This document shows, one piece after another, positions 49,114 to 59,146 of a DNA stretch of 64,000 nucleotides. This DNA is from Angustibacter luteus (GTDB lineage: Bacteria; Actinomycetota; Actinomycetes; Actinomycetales; Angustibacteraceae). The DNA lies in NCBI RefSeq assembly GCF_039541115.1, contig NZ_BAABFP010000005.1:868001-932000 (forward strand). Direction: 5' to 3'. The notes under the pieces were generated by a model. It had not been told where the DNA came from, ran no database searches, and saw nothing but the letters and a program-made list of their open reading frames with translations. Made by a program: the position numbers and the translations under genes. Position 1 is the stretch's first letter, and each line of letters begins with the position of its first letter.

Positions 49114-50801
49114 GCACCCAGACGGCGTCCGGCCGGGTAGCCGGCGGCATCGGCAACTACGTCGACGAGCGCACCGGCGCGGCCGGTGCGATGCGGTACG
49201 GCCTGAAGAAGGTCTTCCCGGACCACTGGTCGTTCATGCTCGGCGAGGTGGCGATGTACAGCCTCATCGTCCTGCTGCTGACCGGCACCTTCCTGACGTT
49301 CTGGTTCATCCCGTCGGCAGGCCACGTCGTGTACGACGGCTCCTACGTGCCGCTGAAGGGCATCGGGATGTCGGAGGCGTACAAGTCGACGCTGGACATC
49401 TCCTTCGACATCCGCGCCGGCCTGATCATCCGGCAGATCCACCACTGGTCCGCCCTGCTGTTCGTCGCCGCGATCGCCTGCCACATGTTCCGGGTGTTCT
49501 TCACCGGCGCGTTCCGCAAGCCGCGCGAGATCAACTGGGTGATCGGCATGGTGCTGGCGCTGCTGGCGCTGGTCGAGGGTTTCGCCGGCTACTCGCTGCC
49601 GGACGACCTGCTGTCCGGCACCGGCCTCTCCTTCGCCCGCGGCATGATCCTGTCGATCCCGATCGTGGGCTCGTACGTGTCGTCGTTCGTGTTCGGTGGG
49701 CCCTACCCCGGTGAGGCGCTGATCCCCCGGCTCTACACCGTGCACGTTCTGCTGATCCCGGCCCTGCTGGTCGGGCTGTTCACCGTGCACATCATGCTCG
49801 TCGCGCTGCAGAAGCACACCCAGTACCCCGGCCCCGGCCGGACCAACAAGAACGTGGTCGGCTTCCCGGTCATGCCGGTGTACGCGGCGAAGGCCGGCGG
49901 CTTCTTCTTCATCGTGTTCGGCGTCACGACGCTGCTCGCGGCCATCGCGCAGATCAACCCGATCTGGGCGTACGGCCCCTACAACCCCTCTCCCGTCACG
50001 GCCGGCTCGCAACCGGACTGGTACATGGGCTGGCTCGAGGGGGCGATCCGGCTCCTGCCTGGCTGGCTGGAGTTCCAGGTCTTCGGGTGGACGTTCAGCT
50101 TCAACATCGCCATCGGCGGATTGATCCTGCCGGGCATCGTGACCACCGTGGCCATCGCGTACCCGTTTCTCGAGGCGTGGGTGACCGGTGACAAGCGCGA
50201 GCACCATCTGCTCGACCGCCCGCGCAACGCACCGACCCGGACGGCCCTGGGCGCGATGGCGATCTCGTTCTACCTGCTGCTGTGGGCGGGTGGCGGCAAC
50301 GACATCATCGCCACGCACTTCAAGCTGTCGATCAACGACATCACGAACTTCCTGCGGATCGCGGTCTTCGTGATCCCGCCGCTGGTGTTCCTCGTCGCCA
50401 AGCGGATCTGCCTGGGACTGCAGCGCCGGGACCGGGACCTCGTCCTGCACGGCGTCGAGACCGGTCGCGTGGTGCGTCTGCCGCACGGTGAGTTCTTCGA
50501 GGTGCACGCGCCGTTGGACGAGCACGCCCGCTGGGAGCTCGTGCAGCACGACACCCACCGCCCGCTGCCGGTCGAGGACGGCGTCGACGAGAACGGCGTA
50601 CGTCGGCCCGGGCACCGGGCGCAGGCGATCCGCGCGAAGCTGTCGAACTTCTGGTTCGAGGACCGCGTCGAGGCCGTCACCCCGGCCGAGCTGGCCGCGG
50701 CACACGCCCACGGGGGGCACGACGCCATCGAGGCCCACGACGAGCACCGTGCGGCCATCGAGGGCAGCCCCGTCGGGTCAGGCGCCGACACCCACGCCTG
50801 A
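49110..50801 (+). CDS. qcrB: Cytochrome bc1 cytochrome b subunit
   Basis: FPDHWSF.LGE, RQIHHW, GYSLPDD, QPDWY. Confidence 0.96.
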   Translation: MSTQTASGRVAGGIGNYVDERTGAAGAMRYGLKKVFPDHWSFMLGEVAMYSLIVLLLTGTFLTFWFIPSAGHVVYDGSYVPLKGIGMSEAYKSTLDISFDIRAGLIIRQIHHWSALLFVAAIACHMFRVFFTGAFRKPREINWVIGMVLALLALVEGFAGYSLPDDLLSGTGLSFARGMILSIPIVGSYVSSFVFGGPYPGEALIPRLYTVHVLLIPALLVGLFTVHIMLVALQKHTQYPGPGRTNKNVVGFPVMPVYAAKAGGFFFIVFGVTTLLAAIAQINPIWAYGPYNPSPVTAGSQPDWYMGWLEGAIRLLPGWLEFQVFGWTFSFNIAIGGLILPGIVTTVAIAYPFLEAWVTGDKREHHLLDRPRNAPTRTALGAMAISFYLLLWAGGGNDIIATHFKLSINDITNFLRIAVFVIPPLVFLVAKRICLGLQRRDRDLVLHGVETGRVVRLPHGEFFEVHAPLDEHARWELVQHDTHRPLPVEDGVDENGVRRPGHRAQAIRAKLSNFWFEDRVEAVTPAELAAAHAHGGHDAIEAHDEHRAAIEGSPVGSGADTHA

Positions 50802-50818
50802 CCGCCGGCTCAGCCGGT

Positions 50819-51637
50819 TCAGCGCGCGAGCAGCGAGCTGCGCGCCAGGTCGGCGTGGACCCACCACTCGGCGTCGCGGCGGGCCGCTCGGGCGTAGTCG
50901 AGGTCGACCAGCCGAGCGAACACCGGGTCGCTCCGGGCCATGTCGTCGAGGTCCGCTGCGTGGCCGCTCATCTGCCGCGCGATCGCGTCGGCCAGTGCGC
51001 GCCGTTGGCGCTTGGACGGGCCGTACCCGTCGAGGAGGCCGGCCAGGTTCCGCTCCTGGCGCCGGCGGACGTCCTCGTCGGCGCCGACCCCGTACTCGGC
51101 ATGCCATCGTCGGCCGGTCATCAACGGCACCCATCGCCACGCCGCCCAGGCCAGGTCCTCGATCGGATCCCCGGGTCGGGCGAAGTCCCAGTCCAGCACG
51201 ACGAGGGAGCCGTCCGGTCGACGCACGGTGTTGTACGGCGAGACGTCGTGGTGCACGATCACGTCGTCCGGCCCCAGCGCAGTCCCCTCAGCGCGCCGCC
51301 ACGGCTTCGCGGGATCCACCACAAGACCCGCCTGCGCTGACTGGAAGTCGCGGATCCAACGTCCGATCGACCAGCAGCTCTCCGGCGTCCGAAACCACGC
51401 CGGCAAGGGCTCAGCCTCGGTCAGCCGTCCCACGTCGCCCGGGACGAACTCGAGGATCTCCCGATCCGCGTCGTCGATGCCGAGAACCTGTGGCGAGCCA
51501 GCGAAGCCGACCGCGGTCAGGTGGTTCAACAGGTCGTGCACGGCCGGCGTCCACGGCCCGACCGGACGCCGCACCGTCGCCCCGACGCGGACGACGACCG
51601 TGGTGTTGCCACCGGTGAGCGGTTCCTCCTCAGGCAT
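50819..51637 (-). CDS. Aminoglycoside phosphotransferase-like kinase
   Basis: LTGGN..VVRVG.TVRRP, HHDVSPYN, LDWDFA.PG. Confidence 0.8.
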   Translation of the reverse strand: MPEEEPLTGGNTTVVVRVGATVRRPVGPWTPAVHDLLNHLTAVGFAGSPQVLGIDDADREILEFVPGDVGRLTEAEPLPAWFRTPESCWSIGRWIRDFQSAQAGLVVDPAKPWRRAEGTALGPDDVIVHHDVSPYNTVRRPDGSLVVLDWDFARPGDPIEDLAWAAWRWVPLMTGRRWHAEYGVGADEDVRRRQERNLAGLLDGYGPSKRQRRALADAIARQMSGHAADLDDMARSDPVFARLVDLDYARAARRDAEWWVHADLARSSLLAR

Positions 51638-51700
51638 GACGGGAAGCCTCTCACGCTACGAGCAGCGCGCTCCCCCGCCCCCGGGGCCACCGCCAGCCGA

Positions 51701-52942
51701 TCAGCTCGCGAGGGCGGACTTCTGACCCCACTGCGCAGCCGTCTGGTTCCACATCGTGTAGCCGTTGTACTCCTCGAGCCCGCGGCTGGAGCCGACGAAC
51801 TTCACGACGTCCCCCATCTTGGAGTGGTCGAAGAGCCACTTGGCGTCGGAGGGGCTCAGGTTCGTGCAGCCGTGGCTGACGTTCGCGCTGCCCTGCGAGC
51901 CGACCGACCACGGTGCGGAGTGCAGGAACTCACCGCTCCAGGTCAGGCGCATCGCCCATTCGGTCTTGAGCCGGTAGTAGCCCGGCTGACCCTTGGGGAT
52001 CCCGACCGTCGTCGAGTCCATCGTGTGCTCGGACTCGCGCGACAGGATGACCTTGATCCCGCTGCGGGTCTCGGTCTTGCTGCCGGGGCGGCCGGTGCTG
52101 ACCTTGAGGGTGCGCAGCACCTTGCCGTTCTGGGTGACGGTCATCCGGTGCGTCTGGGTGTTCACCGTGCTGATCATGGCGGAGCCGACGGTGAAGGTCG
52201 TATCGGCGTTCGTCGCCGTCCAGAGGTCCTTCTTGGTCTCGATGCCAGCGACGTCGGCCGTGACGTGCACCTTGCTGCCGCTCTTCCAGTACTTGCTGGG
52301 CCGGAAGATCAGCTGACGCCCGTCCAACCATCCCCAGGTCCCCTTGACGGCCGGGGTGGCGCTCACCGTGACGCGCTTCTCGATGTCGGCGCGCTTGTCC
52401 TTGTCGACGGGGCTCACGAACTGGATGACCACGGGCATGCCCACGCCGACCACGCCGCTGGACGGGATGACCGTGTAGTTCGCCGTGTCCTTCGGGGTCA
52501 GCGTGCGCAGGGTCGACGTCGTCGAGGTGGACGCGCCGTCAGCGTTCTCGGCCTTCGCGGTCACGGTGTACGTCGTCTTGGGCTTGAGGCCGCCGGTCGC
52601 CGTCCACACCGACTTGTCGGCGCTCAGCTCACCCTCGATGCTCGCGCCGCTCGCGGCGGTCATCGTGACCTCGCTCAGGGTGCCGTTGCTGGCCTTCACG
52701 GTGACCGGGGCATCCGGGCGCACCGACTTGGCCCCGTCGCGCGGGGTGATGGTGACGGCCGCTGCCGGCGACGTCGTCGTCGACGCCGAAGCGGACGCCG
52801 ACGCGGACGGCGTCCCCTGAGCGGCAGCGTCGGGCGTGACCGACTGGCAGGCGGAGGTGGTGAGCCCGACCGTGAGCAGCACCGCGGACCACGTCAGCAC
52901 GCCCTTGCGGCTCAGCAACGCGGTGGTGGTCGAACTCGTCAT
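51701..52942 (-). CDS. L,D-transpeptidase lipoprotein (Ig-like domains plus YkuD)
   Basis: TSAC lipobox, VGVGMP, GEFLHSAPWS...NVSHGCTNL. Confidence 0.93.
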   Translation of the reverse strand: MTSSTTTALLSRKGVLTWSAVLLTVGLTTSACQSVTPDAAAQGTPSASASASASTTTSPAAAVTITPRDGAKSVRPDAPVTVKASNGTLSEVTMTAASGASIEGELSADKSVWTATGGLKPKTTYTVTAKAENADGASTSTTSTLRTLTPKDTANYTVIPSSGVVGVGMPVVIQFVSPVDKDKRADIEKRVTVSATPAVKGTWGWLDGRQLIFRPSKYWKSGSKVHVTADVAGIETKKDLWTATNADTTFTVGSAMISTVNTQTHRMTVTQNGKVLRTLKVSTGRPGSKTETRSGIKVILSRESEHTMDSTTVGIPKGQPGYYRLKTEWAMRLTWSGEFLHSAPWSVGSQGSANVSHGCTNLSPSDAKWLFDHSKMGDVVKFVGSSRGLEEYNGYTMWNQTAAQWGQKSALAS

Positions 52943-53048
52943 GCACATCCCCTGTGGCTGTCCCGGGCGGGGGGCACCCAGGTGCCGCGCGCTCGACCGG
53001 GACCAGATGGACTGACCGCCGCCGTGACGCGTCCCGGCAGGGGCGTCA

Positions 53049-53070
53049 AGATCCACGACGGCGTGGATCT
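53049..53070. terminator. Short hairpin downstream of ctaF
   Basis: AGATCCACG-ACGG-CGTGGATCT. Confidence 0.4.
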
Positions 53071-53140
53071 GGCGACCCTCCGATTGTAGAGCACGAGGAC
53101 AGGTCTGCCCTAAATCTCGCCGGCTGCCGCCGCGTCGCGC

Positions 53141-53542
53141 TCAGTGCGCGTGCACGCCACGCCAGTACTCGAACACCCAGCCGACGAGCGCGAGAGCGGC
53201 CAGCCCGACCCCGATGTAGAGCAACCACCAGCCCACGGCCAGACCCAGGAACATCACGGCGCACGAGGCGGCTAGCGGCAGTGGCCACCAGCTGTGCGGG
53301 GAGAAGAATCCGTACTCCCCCGACGCGGCCTCGATCGGCGCGGCCGGGTCGTCCTCAGGTCGCGGGTCGATGTGCCGGGCGGTGTACCAGAGGTACCAGC
53401 CGACCATCAGGGCCAGACCCGCGGTCAGGAACAGCCCCACCGGGCCGACCGGCTCGTCCCAGTGCGTGAGGATGCCGTAGATGATCCCGACCGGCGCGAA
53501 GAAGAACGCGCCGGCCCCGAACAGCCAGCTCTCGACCTTCAC
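53141..53542 (-). CDS. ctaF: Cytochrome c oxidase subunit IV
   Basis: MKVESWLF, RPEDD, GFFSPHSWWP, FEYWRG. Confidence 0.93.
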   Translation of the reverse strand: MKVESWLFGAGAFFFAPVGIIYGILTHWDEPVGPVGLFLTAGLALMVGWYLWYTARHIDPRPEDDPAAPIEAASGEYGFFSPHSWWPLPLAASCAVMFLGLAVGWWLLYIGVGLAALALVGWVFEYWRGVHAH

Positions 53543-53543
53543 G

Positions 53544-55334
53544 TCAGCTTCCCTCGCCCTTCCGGTCCTGGTTCGCGGCCGTACCGTCGCCCGAGCCCAC
53601 GCCACCGGACGTCGTCCCGGCGCCCTCGGCGCCGATGTCCGGCTCGCCGTAGAGGTCGTCGAGGATGGTCTTGTCAGCGGTCGGCTGGTCGAGGTTGGCG
53701 ATGTCGGGGTGGTGCAGGTCGAACGCGGGACGCTCGGAGCGGATCCGCGGGATGCTGGTGAAGTTGTGCCGCGGGGGCGGGCAGGAGGTGGCCCACTCCA
53801 GCGACGCGCCGTAGCCCCAGGGGTCGTCGACCTCCACCAGCGGCGCCGTACGCCAGGTCTTCCACACGTTGTAGATGAACGGGAGCGTGGAGGCGCCGAG
53901 CAGGAAGGCGCCGATCGTGGAGAACTGGTTCTCCCAGGTGAAGCCCTCGCCCGCGACGTAGTCCGCGTAGCGACGCGGCATGCCCTCGACACCGAGCCAG
54001 TGCTGGATCAGGAACGTCATCTGGAACCCGATGAACAGCATCCAGAAGTGGATCTTGCCGAGTGTCTCGTCCAGCATGCGCCCGGTGAACTTCGGCCACC
54101 AGAAGTAGAAGCCCGCGAACATGGAGAACACCACGGTGCCGAACACGACGTAGTGGAAGTGCGCCACCACGAAGTAGCTGTCGGTGACGTGGAAGTCCAG
54201 TGCGGGACTGGACAGGATGATGCCGGTCAGGCCACCGAACAGGAACGTCACGAGGAAGCCGATGGACCACAGCATCGGGGTCTCGAAGCTCAGCTGGCCC
54301 CGCCACATCGTGCCGACCCAGTTGAAGAACTTCACCCCGGTCGGTACCGCGATCAGCATCGTCATGAACGCGAAGAACGGCAGGAGCACCTGGCCGGTGG
54401 CGTACATGTGGTGGGCCCACACCGTCACCGACAGCCCGGCGATGGCGATGGTCGCGAAGACCATGCCCTTGTAGCCGAACAGCGGCTTACGGCTGAACAC
54501 CGGGATGATCTCGCTGATGATGCCGAAGAACGGCAGGGCGATGATGTACACCTCGGGGTGGCCGAAGAACCAGAACAGGTGCTGCCAGAGCATGGCTCCG
54601 CCGTTGCTGGCATCGAACACGTGCGCGCCGAGTCTTCGATCCGCGCCGAGGGCGAGCAGCGCGGCCGCCAGCACCGGGAACGCCATCAGCACGAGCACGG
54701 ACGTGATGAGCGTCGTCCAGCTGAACAGCGACATCCGGAACATGGTCATGCCCGGGGCGCGCATGCAGATGATCGTGGTGATGAAGTTGACGGCGCCCAG
54801 GATGGTGCCGAAGCCACCCATGGCCAGGCCGAACACCCACAGGTCCGCGCCGAGGTTGGGCGAGTAGACCAGGCTCGACAGCGGCGAGTACGCCGTCCAC
54901 CCGAAGCTGGCCGCGCCCTGCGGGGTGAAGAAGCCGATCGAGGCGATCAGGCCGCCGAACAGGTAGAGCCAGTAGGCGAACATGTTCAGGCGCGGGAACG
55001 CGACGTCCGGCGCGCCGATCTGCAAGGGCATCAGGGCGTTCGCGAACCCAGCGAACAGCGGGGTGGCGAACAGCAGCAGCATGATCGTGCCGTGCATCGT
55101 GAAGAGCTGGTTGTACTCCTCCGGCGTGCGGACGATCTGCAGGCCCGGGGAGAACAGCTCGGCGCGGATCAGCAGCGCCAGCACACCACCGATCAGGAAG
55201 AACACGAACGAGGTGATGAAGTACAGGTTCGCGATCACCTTGTGGTCGGTGCTGGTGAACCACTTGACGACGGTGCGTCCGAGCGTGGGGCGTCGGGGCT
55301 CGACCCAGTCGGCTTCGCGGTACAGCGCGGTCAT
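53544..55334 (-). CDS. ctaD: Cytochrome c oxidase subunit I
   Basis: [32 protein letters not shown]. Confidence 0.97.
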   Translation of the reverse strand: MTALYREADWVEPRRPTLGRTVVKWFTSTDHKVIANLYFITSFVFFLIGGVLALLIRAELFSPGLQIVRTPEEYNQLFTMHGTIMLLLFATPLFAGFANALMPLQIGAPDVAFPRLNMFAYWLYLFGGLIASIGFFTPQGAASFGWTAYSPLSSLVYSPNLGADLWVFGLAMGGFGTILGAVNFITTIICMRAPGMTMFRMSLFSWTTLITSVLVLMAFPVLAAALLALGADRRLGAHVFDASNGGAMLWQHLFWFFGHPEVYIIALPFFGIISEIIPVFSRKPLFGYKGMVFATIAIAGLSVTVWAHHMYATGQVLLPFFAFMTMLIAVPTGVKFFNWVGTMWRGQLSFETPMLWSIGFLVTFLFGGLTGIILSSPALDFHVTDSYFVVAHFHYVVFGTVVFSMFAGFYFWWPKFTGRMLDETLGKIHFWMLFIGFQMTFLIQHWLGVEGMPRRYADYVAGEGFTWENQFSTIGAFLLGASTLPFIYNVWKTWRTAPLVEVDDPWGYGASLEWATSCPPPRHNFTSIPRIRSERPAFDLHHPDIANLDQPTADKTILDDLYGEPDIGAEGAGTTSGGVGSGDGTAANQDRKGEGS

Positions 55335-56212
55335 CACTGGCCCCCCACGTTCGGAATCTTCTCGGCCTGGCCCGGCTCGAGGTTCTCCAGGCTGAGGGAG
55401 TTGGGCAGCAGGCCGGTCTGGCCCTTGGCCTTGAGCTCCGCCATGTGCTGGTCGTAGTCGGCCTGCGAGACGACCTTCACGGAGAACAGCATCTGCGAGT
55501 GGTACGTGCCGCACAGCTCGGCGCACTTGCCCGTGTACGTGCCGATCTCGGTCGGCGTGACCTGGAAGGTGTTCACCAGCCCGGGCAGCATGTCCATCTT
55601 CATCAGGAAGGCCGGCACCCAGAACGAGTGGATGACGTCGCGCGACGTCAGCACGAACTGAGTGGACTTGTCGACCGGCAGGTACAGCACCGGTGCGGCC
55701 GCCTGGTCAACCCCGCCAGCCGTCACCGGGGTCTGCACGCTCGCCTCGTAGACGTCGTTGGACAGGTAGTTGAAGTCCCAGGCCCAGCGCTTCCCCACGA
55801 TGTTGACCACGTTGTTGGGGTTGTCGGAGACCTTGAGCAGCGTCGCCTCGTCGCGGGCCGTGTAGTAGAAGAGCGCGCCGATCATGAACAGCGGGATGAC
55901 CGAGTACAGGATCTCGATCGGCAGGTTGTACCGCAGCTGCACCGGCACGCTGTCGTCGTCCTTGCGGCGGCGGTACGCGACCACGCAGAAGATGATCAGG
56001 CCCCAGACGAGCACCCCGACGGCGAGCGCCGCGATCCACGAGCCCACCCAGAGGTTCGTGACGACGTCCTTGTCCGTGGTCACGCCCTTGGGCAGGAACC
56101 CGCGCTTCTGCGTGTCGGTGCACCCGGTGAGGGCCACCGCGGCCACCGCCGCAGCGACGGCGAGTCGCGACACGCGGCCGCGACTCGGACGCGATCGAGG
56201 GAGCTGTCGCAC
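55334..56212 (-). CDS. ctaC: Cytochrome c oxidase subunit II
   Basis: LTGC lipobox, DVIHSFW, CAELCG.YHSQM CuA motif; GAAAGG RBS. Confidence 0.95.
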   Translation of the reverse strand: MRQLPRSRPSRGRVSRLAVAAAVAAVALTGCTDTQKRGFLPKGVTTDKDVVTNLWVGSWIAALAVGVLVWGLIIFCVVAYRRRKDDDSVPVQLRYNLPIEILYSVIPLFMIGALFYYTARDEATLLKVSDNPNNVVNIVGKRWAWDFNYLSNDVYEASVQTPVTAGGVDQAAAPVLYLPVDKSTQFVLTSRDVIHSFWVPAFLMKMDMLPGLVNTFQVTPTEIGTYTGKCAELCGTYHSQMLFSVKVVSQADYDQHMAELKAKGQTGLLPNSLSLENLEPGQAEKIPNVGGQ

Positions 56213-56323
56213 GACGCACCTTTCGGACGGTAACCGCAGCGCCAGAGGGCTGCCTTCGAACAGGTCACAACGTACCGCAGCGTCCCCGCTCAGCCTGGGC
56301 AGGGTGGGGCTAGCGTTGCGCGC

Positions 56324-57484
56324 GTGCCGAACCCGCCGCAGCCAGCCCGCCGGCGCCTGCTCGACGCCGCTGCACCGCCGCTGTCGCCGGTGGCTCGCCA
56401 GACCCTGCTCGAGGCCGTCGACCTTGGCTGGGCGGACCCGCGCCGGCTCTACGCGGAGGGACGGCGGGCCCGCGCCCTGCTGGACGGTGCCCGCGAGAGC
56501 GTGGCCGGGGTGCTCGGGGTCGGCACGGACGCCGTGTCGTTCACCGGTTCCGGCACCGTCGCTCGCCAGCTCGGGCTGCGCGGGCTCCTGCGCGGCCGTC
56601 GCCGGGTCGGCGACGGGCTGGTGCTGAGCGCGGTCGAGCACTCGGCCCTGCTGCACACCGGCCAGTGGCACGCAGCCGGCGGCGGGACGACGTCCCTGGT
56701 GCCCGTGGACGGTCGGGGCCGGGTCGATCTCCTCCGGTTCACTGCCGCGGTGTCCGCCGGGGGCGTGGCGGCCGCCTGCCTGCAGGCCGCCAACGGGGAG
56801 GTCGGGACGCGGCAACCGGTGGCCGGAGCCGTCCACGCCTGCCGGACGGCGGGTGTGCCGCTGCTGCTGGACGCGACGGGGACGCTCGGGCGCGACGACC
56901 TGCCGGGCGGCGCCGACGTCGTCGTCGCGGACGCGCGGTCCTGGGCCGGGCCGCCCGGGGTCGGGGTGCTGGCAGTCCGGACGGGCGTCCGGTGGCGCTC
57001 GGACGGGCCCGCCGACGAGCACGAGCACGGACGGGTGCCGGGGGAACCGGACGTCCCGGCGGTGCTGGCCGCCGCGGCGGCGCTGCTGGACGCGGAGGAG
57101 CACCGGGCCCGACGCGCGAGTGTCGCGCACGCGTTGGTGGAGCGGATCCGGGCTGCGGCCGCGGCGGTCCCGGACACGGAGGTGGTCGGCGACCCGGTGG
57201 ACCGGCTCCCCCACGTGTCGACGTTCTCGTTCCTGTTCGTCGACGGCGAGGCGCTGGTGCACGAGCTCGACCGGCGCGGCTTCGCGGTGGCCAGCGGGTC
57301 CGCGTGCACCGCGAGCACCCTCGAGCCCAGCCACGTGCTGGCCGCGATGGGGGTGCTCACCCACGGCAACCTGCGGGTCACCCTCCCGCTGGAACCGGTC
57401 GAGGCCGACGTCGACGCGTTCTGCGCGGTGCTGCCCGAGACGGTGGCCCAGGTACGGCGGGTGCTGGGCACGGAGGGGCTGTGA
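56324..57484 (+). CDS. Class V aminotransferase/cysteine desulfurase-like protein (PLP lysine not evident)
   Basis: AVEHS, ANGEVGT.QP, SGSAC, PSHVL.AMG; DARSW where SAHKW is expected. Confidence 0.82.
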   Translation: MPNPPQPARRRLLDAAAPPLSPVARQTLLEAVDLGWADPRRLYAEGRRARALLDGARESVAGVLGVGTDAVSFTGSGTVARQLGLRGLLRGRRRVGDGLVLSAVEHSALLHTGQWHAAGGGTTSLVPVDGRGRVDLLRFTAAVSAGGVAAACLQAANGEVGTRQPVAGAVHACRTAGVPLLLDATGTLGRDDLPGGADVVVADARSWAGPPGVGVLAVRTGVRWRSDGPADEHEHGRVPGEPDVPAVLAAAAALLDAEEHRARRASVAHALVERIRAAAAAVPDTEVVGDPVDRLPHVSTFSFLFVDGEALVHELDRRGFAVASGSACTASTLEPSHVLAAMGVLTHGNLRVTLPLEPVEADVDAFCAVLPETVAQVRRVLGTEGL

Positions 57485-57762
57485 GCGACCAGCCGGTGGT
57501 GGTGGACGCTCGTGGCCTGCGCTGCCCGCTGCCGGTGGTCCGGCTCGCGCAGGCAGTGGCCGACCTGCCCGCCGGCAGCGTGGTGGTGGTGCGCGCCACC
57601 GACCCGGCGGCGCAGCACGACGTGCCCGCCTGGGCCCGGATGCGTGGGCACGAGTGGCTCGGCGCGGAACCGGACGAGCCCGACGGCCTGCGCCTCACCG
57701 TCCGGATCGGCCCATCCGGTTCGGCCGGTCCGTCGGTGGGCCGTCCTAGGGTGGTCCCGTGA
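57481..57762 (+). CDS. TusA/SirA-family sulfur carrier
   Basis: VDARGLRCPLPV, ATDPAA..DVPAW. Confidence 0.88.
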   Translation: MSDQPVVVDARGLRCPLPVVRLAQAVADLPAGSVVVVRATDPAAQHDVPAWARMRGHEWLGAEPDEPDGLRLTVRIGPSGSAGPSVGRPRVVP

Positions 57763-58424
57763 GCGCCTCCACGAACGACGAAACGCCCATCGATACCACC
57801 CCGGTCACCGAGATCAGCAGCCTCGAGCAGCTGCGCGCCCTGGTCGGCGAGCCGATGGCACGGGCCGCGGCGAAGGACCGTCCCGCCCTCGAGGACGTGC
57901 ACCGCCGCTGGCTCGCCGCCGCGCCGATGTGCTTCCTGGCCACCGCAGCCGCCGACGGCACCTGCGACGTGTCTCCGAAGGGTGACCCGGCCGGCGACCT
58001 GGCGCTGGTGCTCGACGAGCGCACGCTGGCGATCGCCGAGCGGCCGGGCAACCGTCGCGTGGACGGCTACCAGAACGTGCTGAGCAACCCGCACGTCGGT
58101 CTGATCTTCGTGATCCCCGGAAGGGACGACACGCTGCGGGTCAACGGGCGAGCCCGACTGGTGTCGGACGCACCCTGGTTCGACGACATGGTGGTCAAGG
58201 GGCACCGGCCGCTGCTGGCCCTGGTCGTGGACGTCGAGCAGGTGTTCTTCCACTGCGCCAAGGCGTTCCTGCGCTCGCGGCTGTGGGACCCCTCGACGTG
58301 GCAGCCCGAGGCAATGGAGTCCCGGGCCAGGATCGCCGCGGAGGTCGAGCGGTCCGACCAGAGCCTGGCCGAGCTCGAGGAGTACTACGGCCCGTCGTAC
58401 GCCGAGCGCCTCTACCGCGGCTAG
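57759..58424 (+). CDS. PPOX-like FMN-binding protein (MSMEG_1061 type)
   Basis: DVSPKGD, ERPGNRR.D, TLRVNG.A, FFHCAKAF.RS.LW. Confidence 0.87.
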   Translation: MSASTNDETPIDTTPVTEISSLEQLRALVGEPMARAAAKDRPALEDVHRRWLAAAPMCFLATAAADGTCDVSPKGDPAGDLALVLDERTLAIAERPGNRRVDGYQNVLSNPHVGLIFVIPGRDDTLRVNGRARLVSDAPWFDDMVVKGHRPLLALVVDVEQVFFHCAKAFLRSRLWDPSTWQPEAMESRARIAAEVERSDQSLAELEEYYGPSYAERLYRG

Positions 58425-58442
58425 CGGGCGGCTGGTCGGCGC

Positions 58443-59120
58443 CTACCCGAAGGGCACCGGGAGCGGCAGCTCCAGCGCTGCCTCGAGCCGTCGCAGGTAC
58501 TCGGCTCGGGAGACCTCCCTCACCCCGAGGGTGGCCAGGTGCTCGGTGCGCCACTGGACGTCGAGCAGCCGGTCGCCGGAGTCACCCGCCGCACGCAGGA
58601 GGTCGACGAGGCCAGCCAGCGCGACCTTCGAGGCGTCCCGCGTGCGGTGGAACATCGACTCCCCCGCGAACAGCCCCCCGATCGCCAAGCCGTAGAGGCC
58701 ACCGACGAGCTCGCCGTCCTGCCACGCCTCCACGGAGTGCGCCCAACCGAGGTCGTACAGCCGCTGGTAGGCCACCGCGACCGCCGGCGTGATCCAGGCG
58801 CCGTCCCGGTGCGGGTCGGCGCAGCCTCGCACGACGTCCGCGAAGGCCGTGTCCACGCGCAGCTCGAATCGTGGCAGCGCCCGGCGCAGGGACCGGCTCA
58901 ACCGCAGCTCGTCCAGCACCAGCACGCCGCGCGGGTCCGGCGACCACCAGCCCAGCGGCGCCCGACCGCCGGACCCGACGCCCATCGGGAACAGCCCGCG
59001 GCGGTACGCCGCCAGGACCGTGCCCGGCTCGAGGTCCGCGCCGACGCCGACCAGGTCCTCACCGGGCTCGGGATCGACGTCCAGGTCCCAGCTGGACGGC
59101 GCTGGCTCGGCCGGGCTCAC
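58443..59120 (-). CDS. aat: Leucyl/phenylalanyl-tRNA-protein transferase
   Basis: AYRRGLFP, WWSPDPR, AHSVE, LVGGLYG, GESMFH, DASKVAL, DVQW. Confidence 0.94.
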   Translation of the reverse strand: MSPAEPAPSSWDLDVDPEPGEDLVGVGADLEPGTVLAAYRRGLFPMGVGSGGRAPLGWWSPDPRGVLVLDELRLSRSLRRALPRFELRVDTAFADVVRGCADPHRDGAWITPAVAVAYQRLYDLGWAHSVEAWQDGELVGGLYGLAIGGLFAGESMFHRTRDASKVALAGLVDLLRAAGDSGDRLLDVQWRTEHLATLGVREVSRAEYLRRLEAALELPLPVPFG

Positions 59121-59146
59121 CGCGCGCTCCCCCGCTGGCGTCCTGC

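Noticed and set aside
56253..56268. CRP-like site upstream of ctaC
   Set aside because: Only the TGTGA half is present; the second half does not match TCACA
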